From assembly GCA_903863885.1 (NCBI GenBank), contig CAIPEB010000326.1:1-55907 (forward strand): a DNA stretch of 55,907 nt. The letters are read 5' to 3'. This DNA is from an uncultured Planctomycetaceae bacterium (GTDB lineage Bacteria; Planctomycetota; Planctomycetia; Pirellulales; Pirellulaceae). Under the pieces are notes generated by a model, which saw only the letters and a list, made by a program, of their open reading frames with translations, searched no databases and was not told the DNA's origin. Below are positions 18,814 to 29,045 of this stretch, piece by piece; positions within the stretch are counted from its first letter, which is position 1; every line of letters starts with the position of its first letter. The translations under genes were made by a program, and so were the position numbers.

Positions 18814-20256
18814 ATGATGACAGGTCACGGCAATCCTTTCGAGCAACTGGCACTCACCCGTCGCGAGTTGCTGCGGGCTTGCGGCATGGGACTGGGATCA
18901 CTGGCCCTCGGCCAGATGCTGTCGGAGAGCAGCGTTGCGGCGAGCAGCGGCGCGAATCCTCTTGCCCCTCGGCCTCCGCAGTTTCCGGTCAAGGCCAAGC
19001 ACGTCATTCACCTGTTCATGAATGGCGGCCCTTCGCACGTCGATACGTTCGATCCCAAGCCCTCGCTCGAGAAATACGCAGGCAAGCCGCTGCCGACGGA
19101 CAATTTGAAGACGGAACGGCCGACCGGCGCGGCGCTTCCTTCCCCGTTCAAATTCAAGAAGTGCGGCCAGAGCGGCATCGAAGTCAGCGAGATATTCTCC
19201 CACGTCGGCGAGTCGATCGACGACATCGCGGTGATCCGGTCAATGTACGCCGATGTGCCGAATCACGAACCGTCGCTGCTGCTGATGAACTGCGGTGCCG
19301 CCCGCCAGATTCGTCCGAGCGTCGGGTCGTGGGTTACCTACGGCCTCGGGACCGAAAACCAGAATCTCCCGGCCTTCGTGGCAATGTGTCCGGGCGGTTA
19401 TCCGATCCAGGAATCGCAGAACTGGCAGGCCGGTTTCCTGCCCGGCGTCTTTCAGGGCACCTACATTGATTCGCAGCACACGCGAATCGAACAGTTGATC
19501 GAGCACATTCGCAATGATCGGATCTCGCTGCCTCGGCAGCGCGAACAGCTGGATCTGCTGCAGCAGTTGAACCAGCGCCATGCCGAAGCGCGGCAGCAGG
19601 ACAAAGAACTTGAAGCGCGCATCCAGTCGTTCGAACTCGCGTTTCGAATGCAGACTGAGGCCGCCGAGGCATTTGACGCAACTCGCGAGCCTCAGCACAT
19701 ACTCGATATGTACGGCCCCGGAGTGCAGGCTCGGCAGATCCTGATCGCACGCCGCCTTGTCGAGCGAGGCGTGCGATTCGTGCAATTGTGGCACGGGGCG
19801 GGCCAGCCATGGGACAGCCATGATGATCTGGCCATACAGCACCGGAATCTGGCAGGCCAGTGCGATCAGGCGATCGGCGCTCTTTTGAAGGACTTGAAAC
19901 AGCGAGGCCTGCTGGACGAAACGCTCGTGATCTGGGGCGGTGAATTCGGCCGGACTCCCGCGGTTGAATTGCCCAAGCAGGGCTCCAACGCGGGCAAAAT
20001 CAACGGCCGCGATCACAATCACTACGGGTTCACGGTCTGGATGGCCGGCGGCGGCGTGAAGGGCGGCATCACGCATGGCGCAACGGATGAGTTCGGGTTC
20101 CAGGCTGTCGAGAACCGCGTGCACGTTCACGATCTGCACGCCACGATCCTGCAATTGCTGGGCTTCGACCACTTGAAGCTGACGTACCGCTACGCGGGAC
20201 GCGACTTCCGGTTGACCGACGTGGCCGGCAACGTGGTCCGGGAACTGATCGCCTGA
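18814..20256 (+). CDS. DUF1501 domain protein (sulfatase/alkaline-phosphatase-like, Tat-secreted)
   Basis: Twin-arginine signal LTRRELLRACGMGLGSLALG; DUF1501-type core; always paired with the preceding DUF1549/1553 gene. Confidence 0.85.
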   Translation: MMTGHGNPFEQLALTRRELLRACGMGLGSLALGQMLSESSVAASSGANPLAPRPPQFPVKAKHVIHLFMNGGPSHVDTFDPKPSLEKYAGKPLPTDNLKTERPTGAALPSPFKFKKCGQSGIEVSEIFSHVGESIDDIAVIRSMYADVPNHEPSLLLMNCGAARQIRPSVGSWVTYGLGTENQNLPAFVAMCPGGYPIQESQNWQAGFLPGVFQGTYIDSQHTRIEQLIEHIRNDRISLPRQREQLDLLQQLNQRHAEARQQDKELEARIQSFELAFRMQTEAAEAFDATREPQHILDMYGPGVQARQILIARRLVERGVRFVQLWHGAGQPWDSHDDLAIQHRNLAGQCDQAIGALLKDLKQRGLLDETLVIWGGEFGRTPAVELPKQGSNAGKINGRDHNHYGFTVWMAGGGVKGGITHGATDEFGFQAVENRVHVHDLHATILQLLGFDHLKLTYRYAGRDFRLTDVAGNVVRELIA

Positions 20257-20301
20257 CTCCGGCGCGCAGCAGACGTTCACTGTGATTCGAGCGATGCGGC
20301 T

Positions 20302-20616
20302 TCAGGGTGCCGACGGCGATTCTGCGCCTTCCTGAGTGCCGTTGTCCGAGGCAGGGCTGGCCTCTGCGCCGCCTTCCGAATCCTCAACCGACAGCACCCG
20401 CACGCTGACGGGGCCAGTCTCGACCGGCGGATGCAATCGTTGACGGCGGTAGTTCCGGTAGGCCTCGGCTTCGAGGCTGTTGGGGGCCAGCAGGTTTGCC
20501 GGAATGCCGACCCAACCCGGTATCGGGCCTCGATGCAGGCCGGACCGGCACCCGCCATTGAAGACGGCCAGGGCAATGATGGCCGGCGCTATGATGGAAA
20601 GTCGAGGCTGTTTCAT
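20302..20616 (-). CDS. small hypothetical secreted/lipoprotein (104 aa)
   Basis: N-terminal hydrophobic signal LSIIAPAIIALAVFNGGC with Cys; low-complexity acidic C-terminus; weak support. Confidence 0.35.
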   Translation of the reverse strand: MKQPRLSIIAPAIIALAVFNGGCRSGLHRGPIPGWVGIPANLLAPNSLEAEAYRNYRRQRLHPPVETGPVSVRVLSVEDSEGGAEASPASDNGTQEGAESPSAP

Positions 20617-20850
20617 TCCTTCAAGCCTTCCGCGGAGTGCTTTCGCTCGCCGAGCAAGACGGCTCTTCGTTTCATCGGCCGCGCGGCCTGTGCGGAATAA
20701 TCCGCTTGTGCGGAATCTCGGCTCAGAAGCAGCGGACGAATGGCCGGCACGCTGGCAGAAATTGCAGGCGGGCGTCTTTTGTCAAGAAAAAGAGCGGAAT
20801 TACTCAAGAATGTCGCGGTCGGTGCTCCGGTCGCTCGAACCGATGCCGGC

Positions 20851-22164
20851 TCAGAGGAACTTCGAGATGCCGGGGACCGGACGCGGGTAATTTCCGTCGG
20901 CATCCGGCCTGGTGGGGGGCGTCGCATCGAGCGCCAGTCGTTCCGGCGCTACGCGGTATTTGGATTCAATCGCGTCCGCCCAGGTGATTTCATTGCCGCT
21001 GTAGCTCGCCCAGGTCGCGATGATGCCCAGCATGCTGCTGCGCGCCATGTAGAGGCTGTTGTTGATGGGCTGGCCGTTGCGGATCGAAGAAAAGAGCGCG
21101 ACGTGCTCGAGGTCAAAACGGTTGCAGGCCGGTCCCTCGTAGTGCCATTTCGTTTCGCCGTCGATGCGGTTGTTGAGCAGATCGCAGCGGCCTTTGGTGC
21201 CGTAGAACATGTCGGAGATCTCGGTCCGGCATCCATCCTGTTGCCGGCAATAGGCGTGCAATCGAGTCCCGTTTGCGTACTCGAAGATCGTCGCGTGATG
21301 GTCCCAGGCATCGCCGAATTGCTTGCCGACTCTCGATTCCCGGCCTCCCATGCCCCAGGCCTTGACCGGCGGTTCCTCGTGCATCGCCCACGCGGCCTTG
21401 TCGAGGTTGTGGACGAGATTCAGCCCCGGCAGATCGCAGGACAGCCAATAGAAATTGAACCAGTCGCGGATCTGGTATTCCATTTCGCTCCACGCGGGTT
21501 GGCGCAATCGCGAGCGGAGGCCTCCGGTGTTGCAGGTCTCGACAATCGAGACGATGTCCCCGATTGCACCGTCGTGCACCCGCTTCATCGTTTCCCGAAC
21601 GCCCGTGTCGTATCTCCAAGCCAGCCCCGACACGATGCTGAGTCCGCGTTTCCTGGCCTCTTCACCGGCGGCCAGAACCTGCTTCATTCCCATCGCGTCG
21701 ACTGCGTGGATCTTTTCGCAGAAGACGTGCTTTCCCGCCTGAATCGCCGCTTCAAGACAGATCGAGTGGAAGTAGGTCGGCAGTGCGATCAGCACGACAT
21801 CGACATCGGTCGCGAGCAGTTGTTTGCAGCTGTCAAAGCCGAGAAACCGATGGTCGCGGTCTACCGCAACCTGGCTGCCCTTCGCGTTGGTGATCTCCTG
21901 CAGGCTCGCATCGAGCATGTCCGGAAACAGGTCCGCGACGGCAGTGAGCTTCGCATTGGCGTCGGCGTTCAGCGCGTTCACCGCAGCACCGGTTCCGCGC
22001 GGGCCGCATCCGATCAACCCGACCCGAAGGACGTCGCTCCCGGCCGCATGGGCCTGATTTCGCATGGCGAGAGAGGCCACGGTCGCAGTCCCGATCGATG
22101 CGATGGAAGACTTGAGGAAAGCACGCCGCGATTCTTGCCGGGCATTGTTCATGGAACTTCTCAC
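20851..22164 (-). CDS. Gfo/Idh/MocA-family NAD(P)-dependent oxidoreductase, Tat-exported
   Basis: Tat motif SRRAFLKSS; Rossmann GLIGCGPRGTGAAVNAL; typical Gfo/Idh/MocA C-terminal alpha/beta domain. Confidence 0.8.
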   Translation of the reverse strand: MRSSMNNARQESRRAFLKSSIASIGTATVASLAMRNQAHAAGSDVLRVGLIGCGPRGTGAAVNALNADANAKLTAVADLFPDMLDASLQEITNAKGSQVAVDRDHRFLGFDSCKQLLATDVDVVLIALPTYFHSICLEAAIQAGKHVFCEKIHAVDAMGMKQVLAAGEEARKRGLSIVSGLAWRYDTGVRETMKRVHDGAIGDIVSIVETCNTGGLRSRLRQPAWSEMEYQIRDWFNFYWLSCDLPGLNLVHNLDKAAWAMHEEPPVKAWGMGGRESRVGKQFGDAWDHHATIFEYANGTRLHAYCRQQDGCRTEISDMFYGTKGRCDLLNNRIDGETKWHYEGPACNRFDLEHVALFSSIRNGQPINNSLYMARSSMLGIIATWASYSGNEITWADAIESKYRVAPERLALDATPPTRPDADGNYPRPVPGISKFL

Positions 22165-22200
22165 TGCGGAACGGAAAGTGCGTTGTTCGAGAATCTGTCG

Positions 22201-24813
22201 CTACTGCTTCCGGGATTCGGTTTCGCCCACGGACTCCACGGCCAGCGCCACGGCCGATACGGCGATTCCCGGCTTTTCGAAGCGAATCTCCAGTTCGCCG
22301 TCCTTCAGCAAACCTTCGGGTATTCGATAGCAGCGCGTGACCCACCATTCTTTCTTTTTCTCGACCGGCGGTCCCGTGCGCACAAACTCGCCCACGACCT
22401 TCGAGTTGACGAGGATGGTCTTTGCGCCCCCCTCAGGGCCTTCCGTCAATCGCACGACGAGCCACCGATATCCCTCGTCCCGGAAATCGCTTCGCGAGAG
22501 GATGCCCGGCTGATCGAAACTCGCGCTCCAGCTTTCGCCCTGGTCCTCGCCGTGCATCGTCCAGCCTGAGCATTTCAAGCCCGCGGGTTTCGGATAGTCT
22601 CCGAGCTGCACGAGCATGAACGGTTTCCCCGTCGCACGCAGCAGCGGCTCGAGCGGTGTGGCCGGCGCCGCCATCGCGAGGCGGCAATGGAAGTGATTGA
22701 ACAGGCCCGACGTTGCTCCCTGCGCTCTGGGATCGACCGGATGCGGAATGCGATCGTAAATTCCGTAGACTCGAGTCCAGTACTCCTGCGTCAGCGAGCG
22801 GACATCGAGCGCCTTCAACTGGTCCGCAATCCCGCGCAGTTTCACTTTGGCCGGCGTGTCGGTGCCCGGGGCGAGGATGGCCTCGGCCTCGACCAGCGAC
22901 AGCGGATTCTTCGACTCGCCCTTGCAGCCCGCAGCGGCCGCGGCGGCGTCCAACTGATCAAGCAGCAGCGCCGTCTCGGCCAGTTTGCCGAAAAGCCGGG
23001 CGAAGTAGGCCAGTTCGTCGCGATAGGCGGCTGCGGTCGTCGCGAGCGGAAGCGTGCTCTTTCGCGATCGATCGACTTGATCCAGTCGCGACGAGAGCTT
23101 TGCCATGCTCTCCTTGAGTCTCTGCGGGGTGTACGGGAAAGGCGGGTAATGGCCCCAGTCCGGGATCACCTCGAACTCTTCGAGCAGCGGCCCGATGTCT
23201 GCGTTTTCGGGGCCGAACACGAGCCGGCCGAAATCGCGGAGCGCGTCTTCCGGCTCGCGCGAAGGGTCCCACCAAGATTCCGCGCATGCAAAGATACTGA
23301 CCAACTGCAGCCTGGGCGCCATCGTGTAGCAGATGCCGCCCGAGTAGCAGCCCACGGCCAGTTCTTCACGCCGGCGGGCAAACGTGCGGCGCACGCGGCA
23401 CCGCGGCGATACGGTGCTCTCGCCCTCGGTGACGCTGTAGTCCCAGGTCAGCACCGTGTTCGTCTTGGCGGCACGCTTCGCATAGGGCTTGCCGTCCCCG
23501 CCGTGCGAGTCCGCATTGCAGTCGGGGCTGAATCCGAGGTTGATGCTCGCGAATGTGTCGGGCGGAAAATCCTTGAGGTGCGACAGCAAATACTCCATCG
23601 AAGACGCCGCGCGCTGCGTCGTTCCGGTCCACAATCCGGAGCCCCAGCCGGCAAACGGTTCACCCCAGGTTCCCACTTCGATGCGCGCCTGCGGCCGGTT
23701 CTTGCGGATGACCTTGCTCAGTTCAAGGCACAGATCGATGTAGGTTTCCGGCGTGCAGCCGTTCTTCGTGCAGCCGCCCGGATCGCCGGGAAACAGGCCC
23801 ATCGACTCGAGACCCTCAAGCGCCTTGGACCAGTGGTCCCAGAGCGCGACAAGTTCGTCGTGTTCCTCTTTCACGTGAGGGCAATGGAAGTGCCAGTCCG
23901 ATCCGACCGTGTTTACGGCTTGAATCGGGTGAACCGTGACTCCGCGTCGCTTTGCGTAAGCGATGACGTGGTTCATCGTCTCCGCGAACTTGCGTTGGAT
24001 CGCCGCGCCTTGAAGGGCATCCTTCGAGAAGAGCGTCGGCACAAGCCAGAATTCAAAGACGTTGTACCGAAACGCCGAGACCATATCGATGAAGCGATCC
24101 CAATCGTCGTTGCTCCATTGGTTGGTCGGTTCGTCGAACAGCAGATTGGGGTTGTAGGCGTTCTGAAGGTGCTCCGCGAAATTCACATAGCAGATGCGAA
24201 CCGGAAACCGGGGCCGTTCCACGACTCTCTGAAGACGGAGTCGAGCTGCGCCGCCTCGCGTATCCAGTTCGCGCAGCAGTTCGATGAGCCCGTACCGGCA
24301 GCCGATCGAGGCCGGGGACCAGCAGATCAGCAACTCGCCGGCGGCCGCATCGTCCACTCGCTGGATCACGTAGCCCTGCTCTCCGACGTCCGCCGGAAAT
24401 TTCAGTTGATGCTGCGAAGTCAATCGCGCAAGCAGCGGATGATCGCCGATGATCGCGACGATGTGACGGCCGGCCGGTTGCACCAGTTCTTCGCCGCCGA
24501 TTCGCAGCGTCGCTGCCGTTGACTGGCCGATGGCGTCGTTCAGCCAGCCTGCCGCGTTGCGCACGAGTTCCTGCGAGGCATCGCCGAGCAATGCCACGTC
24601 CGCCGTCGCTTTCTTGCCGGCCGCGAGCACGAAGTCGCCCCCGTGGGTTCGCTCGCAAGCGAACCCTTCCGGCCACGGCGAGGCTTTCCAGGACGGGGAG
24701 TCCGAGGCGACTCCTTCCGCGCGCCACGGAAAGGATGAAGCAATGGCCAAGGCCATGGACCCGGCAAGGAAATCACGCCGGTTGAGCGAGAGCGGCTTGG
24801 GAGCGAGCGTCAT
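22201..24813 (-). CDS. large Tat-secreted hypothetical protein (870 aa), possibly carbohydrate-active
   Basis: Tat signal LNRRDFLAGSMALAIASS; long uninterrupted ORF with consistent codon usage; no confident family assignment from sequence alone. Confidence 0.65.
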   Translation of the reverse strand: MTLAPKPLSLNRRDFLAGSMALAIASSFPWRAEGVASDSPSWKASPWPEGFACERTHGGDFVLAAGKKATADVALLGDASQELVRNAAGWLNDAIGQSTAATLRIGGEELVQPAGRHIVAIIGDHPLLARLTSQHQLKFPADVGEQGYVIQRVDDAAAGELLICWSPASIGCRYGLIELLRELDTRGGAARLRLQRVVERPRFPVRICYVNFAEHLQNAYNPNLLFDEPTNQWSNDDWDRFIDMVSAFRYNVFEFWLVPTLFSKDALQGAAIQRKFAETMNHVIAYAKRRGVTVHPIQAVNTVGSDWHFHCPHVKEEHDELVALWDHWSKALEGLESMGLFPGDPGGCTKNGCTPETYIDLCLELSKVIRKNRPQARIEVGTWGEPFAGWGSGLWTGTTQRAASSMEYLLSHLKDFPPDTFASINLGFSPDCNADSHGGDGKPYAKRAAKTNTVLTWDYSVTEGESTVSPRCRVRRTFARRREELAVGCYSGGICYTMAPRLQLVSIFACAESWWDPSREPEDALRDFGRLVFGPENADIGPLLEEFEVIPDWGHYPPFPYTPQRLKESMAKLSSRLDQVDRSRKSTLPLATTAAAYRDELAYFARLFGKLAETALLLDQLDAAAAAAGCKGESKNPLSLVEAEAILAPGTDTPAKVKLRGIADQLKALDVRSLTQEYWTRVYGIYDRIPHPVDPRAQGATSGLFNHFHCRLAMAAPATPLEPLLRATGKPFMLVQLGDYPKPAGLKCSGWTMHGEDQGESWSASFDQPGILSRSDFRDEGYRWLVVRLTEGPEGGAKTILVNSKVVGEFVRTGPPVEKKKEWWVTRCYRIPEGLLKDGELEIRFEKPGIAVSAVALAVESVGETESRKQ

Positions 24814-24845
24814 GGTTGCAGACTCCGGGTAATTCTTCCGCTGCC

Positions 24846-25877
24846 TTAACTGCTGACGGCGTTGAGGCTCTGCCAGCGATCGAGCACCTGCTGCGGAGTG
24901 GCGGTGCCGGTGGTTCCGAGTTGTTGCACGGTGATCGACGCGACCATGTTGCCGACGCCCGCCGCTTCGACGTCGCTCGCGCCGCTGAGCAGCGATACGA
25001 CGATGCCGCTGGATGCCGCGTCGCCGGCGCCGACGATGTCGATCGGGCCGGACACGGGGCAGCCCTCGACCCGCTGCGACGATTGGTCCGGACGCGCGAC
25101 GAGGATGCCTTCCTCGCCCATCGTACAGAAGACGGTGCGGCCCGTGCGGGCGGCAAGTCGCCCCGCCGCGTCCGCGTCATTTGCGGTTTCGCTGGAGGCG
25201 GCCGCCTGGATTTCGGCCCGATTTCCTTTCAAAGTCCCGAAGCCGAAGCACCGTAGGTGACGTCGGCTGTCGACGTACAGGAGCTTTTGCGGCGACTCCC
25301 GGGACAACTGCTCAAGTGTCTGCCGCACGGTGTCGTTGACGACTCCCCAGTTCGTCTCGTTGATCTGATCCATCACCATCAGGCCGTCGCACACGTTCCA
25401 GACTTCGCGGACCGCATTGCAGACGCGCTGTGTCGTCGCGTCCGACAGCGGGCCGAGCGTTCGGACGTCGAGACGATTCAATTCTTCCCATTGTCCCGGG
25501 GCCCCGGGACGCAACGGCTTGGTGTAGGTCGGCGTGAGGCGGTTCGGGTCGCGCAGAATCCAGCGACTGTCCACCGGCATGGCCTCGAGCGGCTTGCACA
25601 GATCAAACGCGTGGCCGTCGTCTCCGAGCACGGTAACGGGCAGAAGCCGGCCGACTCCGAGCGCGGCCAGGTTGTTCATCACCGTGCCCAATGCGCCCGG
25701 AGCGTTTCGAACGCGATCGATCTGATAAGCTTCAAGTCCCGTTTCGAGCGATGTTTCATGGCGGTTTGCCGCCAGTTCCAGATAACGGTCAAGAAACAGG
25801 TCGCCGATGAGGCCGATGGTGAGGCGGGGGAGATTGTCCAGGATCGACTGCAGGCGATTGAGCGAGAGGGATTTCAT
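24846..25877 (-). CDS. PfkB-family carbohydrate kinase (RfaE/HldE domain-I-like sugar kinase)
   Basis: N-terminal LIGDLFLDRY motif and C-terminal GAGDAASSG motif (PfkB signatures 1 and 2). Confidence 0.75.
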   Translation of the reverse strand: MKSLSLNRLQSILDNLPRLTIGLIGDLFLDRYLELAANRHETSLETGLEAYQIDRVRNAPGALGTVMNNLAALGVGRLLPVTVLGDDGHAFDLCKPLEAMPVDSRWILRDPNRLTPTYTKPLRPGAPGQWEELNRLDVRTLGPLSDATTQRVCNAVREVWNVCDGLMVMDQINETNWGVVNDTVRQTLEQLSRESPQKLLYVDSRRHLRCFGFGTLKGNRAEIQAAASSETANDADAAGRLAARTGRTVFCTMGEEGILVARPDQSSQRVEGCPVSGPIDIVGAGDAASSGIVVSLLSGASDVEAAGVGNMVASITVQQLGTTGTATPQQVLDRWQSLNAVSS

Positions 25878-25953
25878 TCGGCACGCGTTGGTAAGGGAAT
25901 GCTCGAATTAGCGGAGAGTTCACCGTCGCAGCTTGCTCAGCCCGCCGGACCGT

Positions 25954-26946
25954 TCAGCCTCCGGATTGCTCGGCTTCGGCCGCCATCGCCGCGAGCCGCA
26001 ACTGCGGCAGGGTCCGCCGATGCTCGCCGCGAATGTAGAAGCTCTCGCCGCCATCCGCGACCGTGCGCACGAGAACCGTCTTCCACGGGCGGTAATAGTA
26101 CTGATGATCGGTCTTGTTTGCCTCGGAGCGGAAATCGCCGCTGAGCGGCAACAGATCGAAGACGGCGGTTGCGAAGTTCGAGATGCGCCGCCCTTCCTGG
26201 CACGCGACGTTTCGAGCCATCGCGAGCGCTTTCAAATAGACTTCCGGTCCCATCACCGCGGAACCGTAGCAGAGGAAGGCACCGCCCTCGAGACGGTCGA
26301 CCGTGGCACAGACCGCGAGGAAGTCGCGATAGCTCGCCGTGGCAAACAGAGCCGGGTCGAAATTCGGGTGCTCGTGCAGGATGTCGTACCCGATGCCGAC
26401 ATGCACCGAGGCGGGAATGCCGAGGCGGGCCGCAGCGGCCAGCACACTCAGGTCCTTATGCGGGTAGTCGCTCTCGAGAATCGCGCGGCCGATGGCTTCG
26501 CCAAGCCCCAGGCCGGCTCGCGCGCCGGCGTTCACGAGGTCGTTGAGTTCGCCCGTCTCGCGCCATAGTCCGAATTCCCCGGTGCGGATGTAGCGTGCGA
26601 CGCTTTCGCAGGTTGCTCCGATGCGGGCCATCTCGTAGTCGTGGATCGGCCCCGCTCCGTTCAGGCCGATGTGGGTGATGAGGCCCCGTTCGAGCAGGTC
26701 GATCAACTGCCGCTGAACGCCGGAGCGGATCACGTGCGCGCCCATCAGCATCAGGACCGAAGCGCCTCGCTTCTTTGCGGCCACAAGCCGGTGGCCGAGC
26801 AGCGCGAGGTCCTGCATGGCCGGCCGCTCGAGCGGCAGAGGCGGTGCGTCCAGCGCAAGGACCGTGGTGTGCGAGACGTCGTGCGTGCGCTCGTCGAGCG
26901 GGCGGATGCGCAAACGGCTTCGATCGAACTGCGGCAACCTGCTCAT
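25954..26946 (-). CDS. deoxyhypusine synthase-like family protein
   Basis: Region LMLMGAHVIRSGVQRQLIDLLERGLITHIGLNGAGPIHDYE parallels the DHS motif (TSNLISSGxRE...TTAGGVEED); C-terminal GSAVMGPEVYLKALAMARN resembles the DHS GGGVVKHHIANANLMRNG segment. Start set at MSRLPQF (ATG 26944-26946) overlapping the HAD stop by 4 nt. Confidence 0.55.
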   Translation of the reverse strand: MSRLPQFDRSRLRIRPLDERTHDVSHTTVLALDAPPLPLERPAMQDLALLGHRLVAAKKRGASVLMLMGAHVIRSGVQRQLIDLLERGLITHIGLNGAGPIHDYEMARIGATCESVARYIRTGEFGLWRETGELNDLVNAGARAGLGLGEAIGRAILESDYPHKDLSVLAAAARLGIPASVHVGIGYDILHEHPNFDPALFATASYRDFLAVCATVDRLEGGAFLCYGSAVMGPEVYLKALAMARNVACQEGRRISNFATAVFDLLPLSGDFRSEANKTDHQYYYRPWKTVLVRTVADGGESFYIRGEHRRTLPQLRLAAMAAEAEQSGG

Positions 26947-27788
26947 GGTATTCCTATCAATTGCATCAAGTTGTCGAGGCAGCGGTAATCCCCGATGATC
27001 AGATCCGCGCCCGCCGTGATCAGCCGGTTGCGTTTCCAGTCGTTGATTCCCACCCTCGTCGTTTCGTTGCTGGCGACACCGATGGCCAGACCGCCAACTT
27101 TTCTGGTTTCCTCGATTTCGACGAACCCGTCGCCGAACGCGACGATGTGGCGTCCGGGAAGGCCCGTATCCTCGATCATCCTGTGGATAATCATCGCCTT
27201 GGAAAACTGCTTGTAGTCGTCCAGGGCTCCGTAGATGTGCGACCCGAAGAATTCGTCGAGCCCCAGCAGCGCGACTTCGTCGCGGACGTACTTGAGGTCC
27301 GTCCCCGATGCGAGATACAGGGTCAGGCCGGCCTTCTGCAATCGCTGCAGCAGCCCGCGCGAACCGGGCACCGTCATGACTTCCGGAGGCACGCGACCGC
27401 AACGCACGTCGTCGATGCGCACACCGACTTCGCGCCAGAGCAGATCGTGGTACTGGTGCTTGTACTCGAGCGGTTCACGAGGCTCGCCGCCGCGCCGCCG
27501 CACCTCGTCGGCCAACTGCATCATCTGGTAGATGGTCTGCCGGCCATTGAGACGCATCACGAAGTCTTCGACAACCGCGTACAGCTCCTCGCGGGTTTCG
27601 CTTGTCCCGGTCTCGCTGAGCACATCCACCATCATCGGGATCATGGTGTCCTGCCAGTTGCGCCGCAACAGCGAAAGCGTGCCGTCGAAATCAAAGATCG
27701 CGGCGCGGAAATCGCCGCGCGGAAAATCGTCGCGCGCGATCTCCAGTCCGTCGGACGCCTGGCGATCTGAATTATCGGATCCCGTCAT
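26943..27788 (-). CDS. HAD-superfamily hydrolase/phosphatase
   Basis: Motif I FDFDGTLS, motif IV GDGFVEIEE; start MTGSDN (ATG 27786-27788). Confidence 0.7.
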   Translation of the reverse strand: MTGSDNSDRQASDGLEIARDDFPRGDFRAAIFDFDGTLSLLRRNWQDTMIPMMVDVLSETGTSETREELYAVVEDFVMRLNGRQTIYQMMQLADEVRRRGGEPREPLEYKHQYHDLLWREVGVRIDDVRCGRVPPEVMTVPGSRGLLQRLQKAGLTLYLASGTDLKYVRDEVALLGLDEFFGSHIYGALDDYKQFSKAMIIHRMIEDTGLPGRHIVAFGDGFVEIEETRKVGGLAIGVASNETTRVGINDWKRNRLITAGADLIIGDYRCLDNLMQLIGIP

Positions 27789-27911
27789 GACTATCAGGTT
27801 CTCCCGCCCTGCCGCACAGAAGATAACGCGGTACCTCACAGCGAAGTCGCCGCGCAGCGCCGGCAGGGGAGCCCAAATTATTAACGCCGGATCCGATCTT
27901 GTATACAGGCA

Positions 27912-28121
27912 CTAAGTCGCGTCTTCCGGTGCGTCCGACGGAAGGGCTGCATCGGAAGGAGGCTCCTCGGCAGAGGCCGTGCGCCCATGTTGACGCACGG
28001 CCTCGCGAAGCAGGAACTCGATCTGGCCATTCACGCTGCGAAGTTCGCTCTGAGCCCATGTCTCGAGTGCCGAGTACAGGTCCGGGCTGATACGCAGCAG
28101 AAATGACTTGCGCGGTGTCAT
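27912..28121 (-). CDS. ribbon-helix-helix (Arc/MetJ/CopG-type) DNA-binding protein, 69 aa
   Basis: [35 protein letters not shown] fits the beta-strand, helix, helix RHH pattern (Arc-like); lies 12 nt downstream of the SPFH gene. Confidence 0.55.
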   Translation of the reverse strand: MTPRKSFLLRISPDLYSALETWAQSELRSVNGQIEFLLREAVRQHGRTASAEEPPSDAALPSDAPEDAT

Positions 28122-28132
28122 GTCCCGGCACC

Positions 28133-29020
28133 TCAGTTGTAGAGCGTGCCCGTATTGATGACGGGCTGTGCATCGTGCTCACCACAGAGTACCACGAGCA
28201 GATTGCTCACCATCGCGGCCTTGCGCTCTTCGTCCAACTCCACAATGTGATTCTCGGCCAAGTCCTGCAGAGCCATCTGCACCATGCTCACGGCGCCGTG
28301 GACGATCTTCTGCCGCGCGTCGATGATCGCTTCGGCCTGCTGCCTCCGCAGCATCATGCCGGCAACTTCCGCCGCGTAGGCCAGGTGCGTCAGTCTCGCT
28401 TCCTCCACGTGCACGCCGGCTCGCGAAACTCGCTCGCACAACTCAGCGGTCAACGCCGCCGCGACTTCGTCCATGCCGCCGCGCAGAGTCGTCTCGTGCC
28501 CCTCGCCGTAGTCGTAAACGTAAAGACTGGCCAGATGACGCAGCGCGGATTCGCTCTGGATCCGGACATAGTCTTCATACCGCTCAACATCAAAGACGGC
28601 TTGCGTCGTATCCTCGACTCGCCACACCACCACCGCAGCGATCTCGATCGGATTGCCCCGCTTGTCGTTCACCTTCAATCGGACGCTTTCCAGGTTGCGA
28701 GCCCGCAGCGAGATCCTGAGCTTGGTGTTCAGCGGATTCGTCCAGTGCCAACCGCTCTCGCGAACCGTGCCAACGTACGCGCCGAATAACACCAGCACGC
28801 GAGCTTCGTTCGGTTGAAGGGAAAAGTATCCGTTGCAGCTGACTCCCCCGAGCAACGCAAACACCAGGGCGCCTACGAACGAATAAAGGTTGAAGATATT
28901 GGTCTGCTTCGCCCAGTAAATCGTCCAAATGAACAGCCCTATCGCCGCGGCGAGCAACGCAATCGTGACCGGCAGGACAAGCCAGCCGCTGAGCACCCGA
29001 ACGGTCTTTTCACGGTTCAT
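28133..29020 (-). CDS. SPFH/band-7 domain membrane protein
   Basis: Two N-terminal TM helices then SPFH core ([28 protein letters not shown]...[14 protein letters not shown]...); GGAG RBS 8 nt before ATG at 29020. Confidence 0.8.
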   Translation of the reverse strand: MNREKTVRVLSGWLVLPVTIALLAAAIGLFIWTIYWAKQTNIFNLYSFVGALVFALLGGVSCNGYFSLQPNEARVLVLFGAYVGTVRESGWHWTNPLNTKLRISLRARNLESVRLKVNDKRGNPIEIAAVVVWRVEDTTQAVFDVERYEDYVRIQSESALRHLASLYVYDYGEGHETTLRGGMDEVAAALTAELCERVSRAGVHVEEARLTHLAYAAEVAGMMLRRQQAEAIIDARQKIVHGAVSMVQMALQDLAENHIVELDEERKAAMVSNLLVVLCGEHDAQPVINTGTLYN

Positions 29021-29045
29021 CGAAGGTCTCCTAAAAAGGGGATGT

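Noticed and set aside
19240-24522. Long opposite-strand ORFs of 346 aa (19240..20280, minus), 609 aa (20740..22569, plus) and 611 aa (22687..24522, plus)
   Set aside because: Each is antisense to a well-supported gene (DUF1501, Gfo/Idh/MocA, large secreted protein).
25954-27402. N-terminal 152 aa of the 482-aa ORF
   Set aside because: The extension is Arg-rich and overlaps the HAD gene in another frame. The conserved DHS-like protein starts at MSRLPQF (26946).
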